43,234 nt of DNA from the IMG/VR virus record IMGVR_UViG_3300033475_000061, positions 1-43,234 of that record; one strand, 5' to 3'. Below are positions 33,982 to 43,140 of the stretch, piece by piece. The stretch's first letter is position 1, and each line of letters opens with the position of its first letter. A program made the position numbers and the translations under genes. The stretch comes from a virus (lineage: Duplodnaviria > Caudoviricetes). The notes under the pieces were generated by a model. It ran no database searches, was not told the DNA's origin, and worked only from the letters and a program-made list of their open reading frames with translations.

Positions 33982-35553
33982 TCACAGCCGCGTCCAGTGC
34001 CACGTCGGGGCGGCCGAGTAGGTGAGGGTGATCTTCCGTCCGGTCGGCACCATCACCAGACCCGAAGTGACACCCAGCGTCTGGCCGTCCACCGCGATCG
34101 CGGTCACCGTGCCGCCGCTGACATGCACGGCGCAGTCACGCCAGAACGGGTTGCGCAGCGCGGTACCTGACGAGGGGACGGCCGGTGGGGTTGTGGTGCC
34201 GGAGGTGCCGTCGATGTACTCCACGCGCACGTTGGTGGGGTCCGACACGGAGATCGTGTTGATGATCCCGCCGAGGCCGACGTAGCCGCTGGCGAGCCCG
34301 TTGGTGTCGGCGATGTGCGCGCCCCCGAAGGTGCCCTCGACGGAGAGCGCGGCGACGACGGCCTTGCCGCCCTGCACGAACTGGATGCCGTTGTTGCACA
34401 CCTCGGCCGAGGCGTTGCCGATCCAGGCCACATGCTGGCTGCCCGAGCTGTTCTCGAACGAGCCGATAATCGTGAACGCGGTGAAGCAGTAGATCGCCCG
34501 GATCGCCGGGGCCGACAGATGCTCGGTGAGGTGGAAGCCGTACGTGAAGCCCTGCACCGACACGTCATCGACGTTGTTCAGGTCGTTGTTGCCCGGCCAC
34601 GGTAACGCCACACCGAACGCCCAGCCGCTGCCCTGACCCACCGTGATGGACGTGGGGGGCTGGTCCACGAGCACGGCGCTATGCCGGATCGTGGCCTGCG
34701 CGCAGCCACGCAGGTCGATGCCTGACATGTCGGCGCCGTGCGCCGTGTTCGGCACCTGGATCTCGACGCCCTCAATGATCACGTGAATATTGCTGAAGGT
34801 GGCCGCCGACGAGCCGTAGCCCTGCTGGGGTGTCGGGCCGCCGATGACCGACGCCTCGCCGATCGTGCCCGACGTGTCCGTCGCGGAGATTGTCGAGCGC
34901 AACACCACCCCGGAACGCTGCCGGGTGGTCTGCGTCCAGATCGGCATGGCCGAGGCGTCGACGGCACCCCGGATGCGCAACACCACCTTGTTGGCGGTCA
35001 TGCCGATGACGGGGATCGGGATCTGCGCGTTGCCGTGCGTCAAGCCCTGCTGCACCGGCGCGCCGGCGATGCGGTACTCCACCGGCGGCACTGGGATGTA
35101 CACCTCCGCCGCACCCGAGTGCGCCACCGCATATGCCACCGCATCAGCCACCGCCGCGACGAACGCGGGGGTGTCGTCGGTGACGCCATCACCCACGGCG
35201 CCATACTGCGCCACCACGTTGAAAGACCACGGGCTGCCGCCGGACTCCAACGCGTCGAGACGGTCGCTCACGCGTGGGTAGATCGGCACCACCGGTCCGG
35301 CATTACACGAGGCGTAGAGCACCTTGACGCCGTCGGGGAACTGGAAGAGCGGGATCAGTGTCGTCGCCGGCATCGTCAACAGCGCCCCGGGAATTGGCGC
35401 GCCAGCCGGGTACGTCAGGATGTCCGCCGGGGTGGTACCGGCGGCGTCGGAATACACCGTCAGCGGCAGGCCCGCGGTCGAGCCTAGCGCGTTGTCCGCA
35501 CGGACCTGGAAAGCCAGCCGTGAGCCCTCGTCGGGGCCGACCAGACGTGCCAT
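33982..35553 (-). CDS. Beta-helix fibre/spike protein within the head-neck cluster
   Basis: FNVVAQYGAVGDGVTDDTPAF pectate-lyase-3-type motif; 523 aa. Confidence 0.8.
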   Translation of the reverse strand: MARLVGPDEGSRLAFQVRADNALGSTAGLPLTVYSDAAGTTPADILTYPAGAPIPGALLTMPATTLIPLFQFPDGVKVLYASCNAGPVVPIYPRVSDRLDALESGGSPWSFNVVAQYGAVGDGVTDDTPAFVAAVADAVAYAVAHSGAAEVYIPVPPVEYRIAGAPVQQGLTHGNAQIPIPVIGMTANKVVLRIRGAVDASAMPIWTQTTRQRSGVVLRSTISATDTSGTIGEASVIGGPTPQQGYGSSAATFSNIHVIIEGVEIQVPNTAHGADMSGIDLRGCAQATIRHSAVLVDQPPTSITVGQGSGWAFGVALPWPGNNDLNNVDDVSVQGFTYGFHLTEHLSAPAIRAIYCFTAFTIIGSFENSSGSQHVAWIGNASAEVCNNGIQFVQGGKAVVAALSVEGTFGGAHIADTNGLASGYVGLGGIINTISVSDPTNVRVEYIDGTSGTTTPPAVPSSGTALRNPFWRDCAVHVSGGTVTAIAVDGQTLGVTSGLVMVPTGRKITLTYSAAPTWHWTRL

Positions 35554-35562
35554 GTCGCCCCC

Positions 35563-36195
35563 TCAGATCGTTGTGCGGATGGAGAATGCGCGCCGGCGGC
35601 GGCCGGCGACGCCGAGCTTGTCGGCGATGGACTGGACCATCGCCGCGCCGAGCACCTCGGCGGCCTTCGTCTCGGAGTAGTCGTCGATCGAGTACGCGCG
35701 GATCCCGGTCGGGTTGTCGTACAGCACGCTGGCCGCGTCCAGCACCACCGAGACCACGTCGTCCGGGATGGTGGTGTAGCCATGGGAGTAGGTCACCTGG
35801 ACCCGTGGCGCCCACACACCCAGCGGTCGGGTACGCGGGTAGCCCATGAGCCGGCCGCCGGTGTTCCACCACCACGGGAAGCCACGGGTGAGCTGGTTGC
35901 CGACGCGGGAGTAGTCGCGGTCCTCGACCATCAAGACCGCGACGCCACCAAACTCGGCCATCTCGGTGATGGTCAGCGGGTTGGAGTCGTCGACGACCAA
36001 CGGTCGCTGCGGCAGCGTCAGCACCCGCTCATTGCCGGTGAGGACCACCGTCTCCTGTGAGACGAAGGTGAACACCTGCGCGGAGATGGCCCGGATGAGC
36101 CCCGACGCGCCGTCGACCGCGAGCTGCGCGGAGGACGTGTCGAGGTCCTTCTGGAGCCGGGAGGCGAGCTGGTCCGGTGTCGCCAGCGCGGTCAT
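35563..36195 (-). CDS. Head-to-tail adaptor
   Basis: LATPDQL...ASGLIR...VTYSHGY..IPDDV...NP.G...SIDDYS. Confidence 0.85.
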   Translation of the reverse strand: MTALATPDQLASRLQKDLDTSSAQLAVDGASGLIRAISAQVFTFVSQETVVLTGNERVLTLPQRPLVVDDSNPLTITEMAEFGGVAVLMVEDRDYSRVGNQLTRGFPWWWNTGGRLMGYPRTRPLGVWAPRVQVTYSHGYTTIPDDVVSVVLDAASVLYDNPTGIRAYSIDDYSETKAAEVLGAAMVQSIADKLGVAGRRRRAFSIRTTI

Positions 36196-36213
36196 GCTCG
36201 CCCCCCGATCCCG

Positions 36214-36528
36214 TCAGTCCTGCGGTACGAGCTTGGCCAGCGCGGCGAGCACGCCGGCACGCGGCGCGTCCCGGTGGTTCTCCGCCTCGAGGGCTGCGGC
36301 CGCGCGGGTGGCGTCTTCGCCGACCCACTCGAGCACCTGGGCGATGGTGCCGTCCGGTACCCCGTCGCCGTCCCCGTCGACAGCCGGACCGTCCGTGACT
36401 TCCTCGACCGGCGCCGCACCGGCAAGCAGGAAGTCGGCGAACTCGCCCGGCGGAATCTGCTCGCCCTCGATCAGGTCGTGCAGGCCGTAGTTGTAGTAGA
36501 CGCGGCACGTCTTGATCACCCGGAGCAT
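36214..36528 (-). CDS. Small head-associated protein
   Basis: TIAQVLEWVGED..RAAAALEAE...R.GV; follows the capsid gene. Confidence 0.7.
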   Translation of the reverse strand: MLRVIKTCRVYYNYGLHDLIEGEQIPPGEFADFLLAGAAPVEEVTDGPAVDGDGDGVPDGTIAQVLEWVGEDATRAAAALEAENHRDAPRAGVLAALAKLVPQD

Positions 36529-37832
36529 CAGGCGTGCTCCACCATGACCGCGCGCTTGTACAGCGCCGCGTCGCCGGTGCCACTGTCGCTGGGCACACCG
36601 AAGTCACCGGTGTAGGCCCAGCTCGTGGAGATGACCTGCTGCAGGCGGTCCGACGGCGGCCGCACGATCAGCGCGACCTGGGTGGTCGGCGCCGCCTCGA
36701 TCATGCGGATCGACGGGACATCCTCCACGCCGGTGCCGGCCAGCAGCGAGCCGATACCTTCGAACGGCGCCGCGACCACCGCGCCGTCGCCGACCACGAT
36801 GGGCCGGAACACGGTGGCACCCGAGTTGCTGGTGACCGTCGGCGTCTCGTTGTTGCGCACCCAGTCGATGCCGGAGAACCGGCCGATGGACAGGTCCCGC
36901 CAGACGGGCGAATCCTGGCGACCCTGGAGGGCCTGCTTGAAGTCCGCGTCCGCGAAGAGCTCGGCCTCGGTGTCCGGCGGGATGTGCGCGGTGTAGTAGC
37001 CGCCGTTGGTCGGCACGTTCATCTTGCGCAGACGCACCACGGCCGCCCGGAACATGGCCAGGGTGGCCACGTCGGCGGTGGTGATGTCGTAGGCGGTGTT
37101 GCGGGCCGCGGTGCGTACCGAGGTCGGCGCGTTCTGCGCCACCACGTAGTCACCGGCGGTGTCCACGCGGGCGGTACCCAGGGTCAGGGTGCCGGGCCCG
37201 GACTGGGCGCTGGTACCGGTGACGGTGTTCGCGACGCCCGTGATGCTGACCGTCAGCGGAGTCGAGCCGGACACCGCGGTCGGCACGCCGTTCACCAGTG
37301 TCCGCGTGAAGCCGCTGACGTCCGCGACCACGATGCTGGTATCGGACGAGCCGCTCGCCGTCGCCCAGGTGCGGCCACCGGCGTACGCCCGGTAGATCTT
37401 GTTGCGGGCGATCTGGTTGAGCGACTGCGCGGCGTTGATGCCCAGGGTCTGCACGTCGGCCAAGAACTTCGACGCCAGGGTCATCGCCGACTGGATCATG
37501 TTGGTGTCGACCGACAGGCCGTACTGGTCCATCGTGACGGACCACTGCTCCACGGTGTACGTGCTCGCGCCGGAGATGTCCGCGCCGCCCAGCGGCGTGG
37601 TCGTCGGGGCGATCAAGCCCTTGCGGGTGAAGGTCTTGGTGTCGCCCAGGGCGCCCTGCCATGGCTCGCTGTCCGCGATGGCCGGGAACAGGAACCCGGG
37701 GATCAGGGCATCCCGGAAGACGCGGTCCAGCATGCCGTTCTGCATGATCGCCTGAATGGCGGCCGGCAGAGTCGACCGCACGTCGTGGCGGTCGAGCCGG
37801 AACCAATCGGCGCGGGTCGTCAGCTTCATCAC
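36528..37832 (-). CDS. Major capsid protein
   Basis: 434 aa downstream of the scaffold; strongly GC3-biased codons; start is GTG 37832 or ATG 37829. Confidence 0.85.
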   Translation of the reverse strand: MMKLTTRADWFRLDRHDVRSTLPAAIQAIMQNGMLDRVFRDALIPGFLFPAIADSEPWQGALGDTKTFTRKGLIAPTTTPLGGADISGASTYTVEQWSVTMDQYGLSVDTNMIQSAMTLASKFLADVQTLGINAAQSLNQIARNKIYRAYAGGRTWATASGSSDTSIVVADVSGFTRTLVNGVPTAVSGSTPLTVSITGVANTVTGTSAQSGPGTLTLGTARVDTAGDYVVAQNAPTSVRTAARNTAYDITTADVATLAMFRAAVVRLRKMNVPTNGGYYTAHIPPDTEAELFADADFKQALQGRQDSPVWRDLSIGRFSGIDWVRNNETPTVTSNSGATVFRPIVVGDGAVVAAPFEGIGSLLAGTGVEDVPSIRMIEAAPTTQVALIVRPPSDRLQQVISTSWAYTGDFGVPSDSGTGDAALYKRAVMVEHA

Positions 37833-38020
37833 TTCTCCGTTGTGATCTCGATGGACACGATGTCCGGGTGTGCGTGGGCGATCTGCTCGAGGCCGAGCAG
37901 AGTCGTTTGGGTGAGCGCCGAAACCGCGGCGCAGACGCGCCCGTCCTCAACCCGACCCTCGTGCCCGTCGACCGCCAGGCTGAAATGCCCGTCAGCGAGG
38001 GTGGCGGCGATCCGGATCAC
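37829..38020 (-). CDS. prp: Prp (YsxB-like) cysteine protease, minimal 63-aa form
   Basis: V.GH(20)...VC(30)AAVSAL catalytic motif and C-terminal GL..IA..HPD.V.I. Confidence 0.8.
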   Translation of the reverse strand: MIRIAATLADGHFSLAVDGHEGRVEDGRVCAAVSALTQTTLLGLEQIAHAHPDIVSIEITTEK

Positions 38021-38643
38021 GAGCGGGGGCGGATGCCGTACTTCGCCATCTCGGCGTTGACGATCGCCTTGTCCGCGGTGCGGAAGTCGGTCGCCTGGCT
38101 GTCGCCGCCGCGGCCCTGCGACGGGTCCGGTGCCGGATTACGCGGGGCCGCCGTGCCGGCCGGCTTGGCCAGGTGCGGCTTGCGCTCGAGCACCTTGCCC
38201 AGCGCCTCGGTGATGGCCTCGGTGTCGACCTCGCCGTCCTTGACGTATTGGGACAGGTCGCCGAGGTTGAGCGCCGCGTCGTCGCGGTCGGCGAAGCCGT
38301 CAGCGAGGGCCTTGACTTCCGCCTTGACGGCGCGGGCCGTCGCGGCCTGCTCCCGTTTCTCGGCAGCCTCGACCCGCTCGGCGAGCTTCTCCGCCTCGCT
38401 CTTCTGGGCATCCTCGATCGCCTTGAGCTTCGCCGCCTGTTCGGCCGCCAGCTTCTCGGCGGCCTTGCGGGCGGCCCGTTCCTCGGCGAGCGCCTTCTTG
38501 CCGGCATCGCCCAAAGGCTCGGCTGGCGGGTCGGCGGGCTTGGGCGGCTCAGCCGGTGGGTCCGCCGGCTTCGGCGGGTCGGCCGGGTCGTCGTGGCGGG
38601 CGAGAGAGAACCACGCCTGCCGCGGGAGATACCTGGTGGTCAT
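38017..38643 (-). CDS. Scaffolding protein
   Basis: DPPKPA repeats, LGDAGKKALAEER coiled coil, KSEAEK, KPHLA, PDPSQG. Confidence 0.9.
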   Translation of the reverse strand: MTTRYLPRQAWFSLARHDDPADPPKPADPPAEPPKPADPPAEPLGDAGKKALAEERAARKAAEKLAAEQAAKLKAIEDAQKSEAEKLAERVEAAEKREQAATARAVKAEVKALADGFADRDDAALNLGDLSQYVKDGEVDTEAITEALGKVLERKPHLAKPAGTAAPRNPAPDPSQGRGGDSQATDFRTADKAIVNAEMAKYGIRPRS

Positions 38644-38681
38644 CGCGACCTTCTGTTCGGCCGCCGGCATCGCACCGGCAG

Positions 38682-39599
38682 TCAGAGGATGTAGCCGTGC
38701 ACTCGCAGCGCCCGGATCGTCTCGTCGCGAGACCAGCCGAGCCTTTCCGCTTCCGCGTAGATCGACTCAGGCGTGAGTCGGACCGGCCGCCCCCGGCCAC
38801 CGCGGCCGGTCGCTCGCAGTCGCTGCCCGGCGATGGAGACCGAGCGCAGGTCGCGCTTGGCGTTGCTCACCTGCGCCAGGTCGCCGCCATCGGCGATGGC
38901 CTTCGCGTCGGCCTGCGACCAGCCGGCCGCCCGGTGCTGCTCTGGCGTCATCACCTCATACAGCGCCTTCGGCGACTCAGGCTCGATGACCTCGGCCGCC
39001 GGCACCATCACGCAGTCGCACTGGGGGTGACGCAGGAAACCCCGGCTGTAGCGGTACCAGCGGCCAGCCAGAACCACGCAGCGACTGCAGGACGGCGGGG
39101 TTGTCAGCCTGGTGTACCCGGCGACCTTGCGGTCATTGACCTGAGCTACACCGGTGGCCACACGGGCCGCGTCGGAGACCTGGGTGGCGACAATGCGCTC
39201 GAGGTGGCGGCCGCCGATGGTCAGCGCGCTCGCACCGTCCATGCCGCCGGCCGTGAGCGCTCCGACCTCGAAACTCGGGTACCCCAGCAAGCCCTGCAGT
39301 GTCCGGCCGTCGCTGGCCACGCCGGCGAGCGAGCGGGTCGCCACCTGGCCGGCCGGGTCAGCTGTCTCGCCGGCCAGACGCAGCGCGGTGGACACGTACC
39401 CGTCGGCGCCCCGCGCCGCCTCGGCTTGGTGGCTGGTGACCAGGCTCAGTACCAACTGGGCGATCGCCCGCCAGGTCGCGTCGACGTTAGCCGCGTCGAC
39501 CAGGCCCCAATGCCGTCGCACCTGGCGAACCGCGTCGGCGGCCAGCTGCTCCTGGCGCACGCGGTGCAACTGGGCGAGCCGGGTCAGCTCAGGCGCCAA
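38682..39599 (-). CDS. Minor head / MuF-like head morphogenesis protein
   Basis: GYTR..TPPSCSRC..LAG...FLRHPQCDC...P; follows the portal gene. Confidence 0.75.
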   Translation of the reverse strand: MAPELTRLAQLHRVRQEQLAADAVRQVRRHWGLVDAANVDATWRAIAQLVLSLVTSHQAEAARGADGYVSTALRLAGETADPAGQVATRSLAGVASDGRTLQGLLGYPSFEVGALTAGGMDGASALTIGGRHLERIVATQVSDAARVATGVAQVNDRKVAGYTRLTTPPSCSRCVVLAGRWYRYSRGFLRHPQCDCVMVPAAEVIEPESPKALYEVMTPEQHRAAGWSQADAKAIADGGDLAQVSNAKRDLRSVSIAGQRLRATGRGGRGRPVRLTPESIYAEAERLGWSRDETIRALRVHGYIL

Positions 39600-41016
39600 C
39601 ACCAGAAGGCACCGGCGGCTTGGGGGTGGGCGACGCGGTCGGGTCGGCGCCAGCGGCCGCATCGCTCAGTCGCGGCGAGCGCAGTTCCATCAGCTCGGCC
39701 GCGCTCGGCATCTTCAGCGTCGCCGCGTCCTGCTTGTCCATCTCTTCCATCTGCCGGATCTGCGGATCGGTGAAGCGCATCATCTCGCGCGCGTAGCGCA
39801 GCGGCACGATGCCGGCCTGGTAAGCCTTCGTCGCCGCGTCGGTGGCCTGCGCGATGGTCGGCGTCGACGGGTCACGCCAAGCGGTGGCCAGGCGCTGCAA
39901 GCTCTTGTCCCAGATGCCGGTGTAGATGCGCATGGCGATCTGGACCGTGCGTTCCCAGCTGACGTCGAGCATGCCCTGCTTGACCTCGGCACGCAGGTTC
40001 AGCCGGGCCTCGGCGGACTTGATGCCCTCGGCGCTCGCAGGATTGTCCGTGCTGAAACCGAGGTAGTGCGGGGGCAGGCCGTAGAGGCTAGACACCAGCT
40101 GCGCCAAGGCGTCCAGCGTCTTGTGGAAGTTGGACAGGTCGGAACTCTCGAACTGGCCGAGCTTGGCGTCTTCATTCTCGGTCGCCCAGAGTCGGCCCAC
40201 GACGTTCTTCCAGACCGAGATCGGATTGTTCTGCTCATCGACAAAATCCGACTCGCTGATGCCGACCGCCCAGTACTTCGGCAGCGCGTGGAAGTTGGCG
40301 CCAACCATCATATCTGTGGCGATCTTGCAGGCGGCATCCGACAGCGGCAGGATCGGCTTCAGCTCTGAGACGCCCAGTGGGCGCTTGCGGCGGGCCCGGT
40401 TCAGGATCGGTACCACCGGCACCGCGCCCAGATCGTGCGTGTCGCGGTCAATCTCCGACCAGCCGGTGCCGTCTTTCTCGTAGTGAATGGTCGCGGCCGG
40501 CAGGTACAGGGTCGCCCGATCGGCGTTCTGCGCCTGCTCTTCACCCTGTGACGACCACCGACGCAGCGCGGCGGACGTCTGGCGGGTCCGCGGGTCCGTC
40601 GTGGCGATCATGTCCAGCGCCGACTCATCGGTGATGACCGGCGGGTCGCCGTCGGCATCCGGGCTGCCGATCGTGACATAGGACCGGCCCAGCGCCAGAG
40701 CCTCGACATGCGCCCGGGCCGCGCCGGCGTCCATGTCGTTGGCTTCCCAGATCTGCCAGATCTCATCATCGCCGGACACCTGGTCGGGCCGGCGGAAGCC
40801 TTCCAGCTTCAGCCTCTCTACCACCGAGTCCACAGCCAACTGGGGCCAGAACAGCACGACCTGGCGGATCTGCCCCTCAAGCTGCTGGATCAGCTCCGGA
40901 TGCATGTACGAGAGGGGTTGCTCACCCTCGTAGTAGGCGTCCATGAGCCGCAGGTGTTGCAGCTGCCGATCGTGCAGCCCGATGAGGGACATCAGGGTGT
41001 CGTACTCGGACGTCAT
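39589..41016 (-). CDS. Portal protein (SPP1 gp6-like)
   Basis: YYEGEQPL, WP.LAVD...ERL...GF, IW.ANDMD, LPPHYLG..TDNPAS, W.DP. Confidence 0.92.
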   Translation of the reverse strand: MTSEYDTLMSLIGLHDRQLQHLRLMDAYYEGEQPLSYMHPELIQQLEGQIRQVVLFWPQLAVDSVVERLKLEGFRRPDQVSGDDEIWQIWEANDMDAGAARAHVEALALGRSYVTIGSPDADGDPPVITDESALDMIATTDPRTRQTSAALRRWSSQGEEQAQNADRATLYLPAATIHYEKDGTGWSEIDRDTHDLGAVPVVPILNRARRKRPLGVSELKPILPLSDAACKIATDMMVGANFHALPKYWAVGISESDFVDEQNNPISVWKNVVGRLWATENEDAKLGQFESSDLSNFHKTLDALAQLVSSLYGLPPHYLGFSTDNPASAEGIKSAEARLNLRAEVKQGMLDVSWERTVQIAMRIYTGIWDKSLQRLATAWRDPSTPTIAQATDAATKAYQAGIVPLRYAREMMRFTDPQIRQMEEMDKQDAATLKMPSAAELMELRSPRLSDAAAGADPTASPTPKPPVPSGVGA

Positions 41017-42674
41017 CAGCCCCTCACCACCACTCGTCTGCGCGTCTTGGCCGGCCAGAGCTTGGCCGCGGTCACGTCGCCGGCCGCCTCGTGGCAGATG
41101 ATGCTGGTAATGGACGCGTCGATCTTCCGTCCATCCTCCGGCTTGGTGAGCACATACCGACCGCCTGGGCGGGGCAGCTTGTGGGTCGCCTCGACATGCG
41201 CCTCGGTGGTCGTGCACCCGTCGTGCGACCAGGCGCTCTCCGCCTTCGTGACGTCGGTATGCAGGCGCTCGGCAGCGGCCTGCATTTGCAGCGGCCGGGC
41301 CGTCGCCCAGCGGATCACCTTCTTCTCGCCGTATTCGGCCGACCAGGCGTCCGCCTCGGTCGTCCAGTAAGGCGGGTCCAGATACATCCGGACGATCACG
41401 AAGCGGGTCATCAGCTCCTTGACTGCTGCGCCGACTTCCAGTCGCGGCACCTGTCCGCCCCACTTCGCCGGATCCCAGATCGTCGGGACTTTCAGTCCGG
41501 CCAGTCCGTAAGTCGGTGTGAACTGATACCCGTCCTCGGTCTCAGCTCTGATTGCGGTCCAGTCGTCGACGTCGCTGCCGTCGAACCCCAGCACGATCGC
41601 GGTGCCGTCGGGCACCTCACGCGGCGCCTTGCGGGCCTTCCACGCCTCGATGTCCATCCAGACGCCGGCGCCGGCGGCCATCCGGTTTCCGAAGAACCGT
41701 TCCGCCTGGGCCAGGTCACCCTTGTCGATGAGCTCCTGGGCCTCGGCGTCGATGGACTCGATCCGCACATGCGTCGAGCCGCGGTACACGAACTCGTGGA
41801 TCTTCCGGCGGTTCGCCTTGACCTCGTACTTGAGGTGCTTCGGTGGCGGCCGGTGGAATTTGAAGATGTCCTTGGCCTTGGCCTGGTACGTCAGCTGCGC
41901 CTGGGACTTCTGCGTCGGGTCGAAGGCGTTCGTCGTCTCCTGACCCCGGCCCTGCATGCCGGCGAGGCCACGACGCTGGGTGTCCGCGACGCCGATCATC
42001 TTGTTCTGTGCCGTCCAGATACCCGTCTCGTCCTGTGCCACATAGGTCACCGGGTTGCCCAGACGGGCCTGCGCTGAGGACGTCACGACATCGATGCGGC
42101 CCTCTTCGGTGCCGATGATCCGGGTGAACTGCTCACCGACGCGCAGCAGATCCGAGAGTGGGCCCAGGCGCACCATCGACTTCAGCGGCCGGTAAATGTT
42201 GTCCGTCTGGTCCTCGGCGAACGCCGTGATCTGGATCAGCGGCGTCGGCCACCGCATCCCCATCGCCTCGCCCGGCCGGTACGCATACTCCCAGCCGCAC
42301 CCGCACCCCTGGTCCTCGCACACCCAGCCGTCGTCCCTGCCCGCCCACCCCGCGAACAGCGCCGGCCCGACCGCCTCGAGCGCCACGCCGGTCGCCGACC
42401 ACGGACCTTTGCCGGTCTTCTGTGGCGCGATGATCTGGCTGCGACGGTAGTAGAACGCGGTACCCATGAGCGGGTCGTCGGGGATCCACTCGGCGTCCTG
42501 GCGGACCCGGTAGTGGTTGAGGGTGCACCAGGCCTGCCATGGATACATCTCGAACGGCCGTCCGGCGCGGAAGCCGTCCGGGATCCGGCAGTGGCGCTCG
42601 ATCCAGTCGACCGCGATGAACAGAGCGGGGAAGTCGACGACGAACTGGTCTGCGTCAGCCCGTCGCGTCGCCAC
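41016..42674 (-). CDS. terL: Terminase large subunit
   Basis: Walker A PQKTGK, Walker B VAQDE, nuclease LGFDGS..DD, KIDA. Confidence 0.93.
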   Translation of the reverse strand: MATRRADADQFVVDFPALFIAVDWIERHCRIPDGFRAGRPFEMYPWQAWCTLNHYRVRQDAEWIPDDPLMGTAFYYRRSQIIAPQKTGKGPWSATGVALEAVGPALFAGWAGRDDGWVCEDQGCGCGWEYAYRPGEAMGMRWPTPLIQITAFAEDQTDNIYRPLKSMVRLGPLSDLLRVGEQFTRIIGTEEGRIDVVTSSAQARLGNPVTYVAQDETGIWTAQNKMIGVADTQRRGLAGMQGRGQETTNAFDPTQKSQAQLTYQAKAKDIFKFHRPPPKHLKYEVKANRRKIHEFVYRGSTHVRIESIDAEAQELIDKGDLAQAERFFGNRMAAGAGVWMDIEAWKARKAPREVPDGTAIVLGFDGSDVDDWTAIRAETEDGYQFTPTYGLAGLKVPTIWDPAKWGGQVPRLEVGAAVKELMTRFVIVRMYLDPPYWTTEADAWSAEYGEKKVIRWATARPLQMQAAAERLHTDVTKAESAWSHDGCTTTEAHVEATHKLPRPGGRYVLTKPEDGRKIDASITSIICHEAAGDVTAAKLWPAKTRRRVVVRG

Positions 42675-43140
42675 GGACGACCTGGAACCGGTCGCGCGCG
42701 GATGACCGGGCAGGCTCCTCGGCGGCGGCAGTCTTCGTCTTGGTCTCGCGCTTCGCCGCGATCTGGTCCCCGGCGATGCGCCAGCGGTGCATGTGCATGC
42801 CCGGGATCGTCAGGCCCAGCGCGTCGGCAAGCTGGCGCACCAGAGTGGTCGCCGCGGTCGGCGAGTTGCGTTGCTCAGCCTCGACCAGGCGTCGGACGTA
42901 GAGCGCTACCGGGACTGATTGCAGCAGCCGTTCCCATTGCACGGCCTGGGGCATCCTCCAGAGGTCTTTCCAGATCTCCGTTTCGCGGGCGGTGGCATCG
43001 GTCAGCGGCCATGCCGGCGGGTCGCCCGCCCGGCCTTCCGCTGGCAGAACCGTCCACTCGCCGTCACTCTTGCGGTCGCGCCGCAGCGCGTTCGGGTCCG
43101 GCGGTGGGCCGGACCGGGATCGTGCACCGCCACTTGCCAT
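42655..43140 (-). CDS. terS: Terminase small subunit
   Basis: SGGARSRSGPPPDPNALRR, W..PQAVQW, LGLT..GM; GGAGGAG RBS; precedes terL. Confidence 0.85.
   Translation of the reverse strand: MASGGARSRSGPPPDPNALRRDRKSDGEWTVLPAEGRAGDPPAWPLTDATARETEIWKDLWRMPQAVQWERLLQSVPVALYVRRLVEAEQRNSPTAATTLVRQLADALGLTIPGMHMHRWRIAGDQIAAKRETKTKTAAAEEPARSSARDRFQVVRGDATG

Noticed and set aside
38519-38590. Tandem DNA repeat in the scaffold gene
   Set aside because: Explained by the low-complexity PKPADPPAE linker typical of scaffold proteins
36534-39773. Long + strand ORFs opposite the head genes
   Set aside because: Shadow ORFs caused by codon bias of the capsid, scaffold and minor head genes
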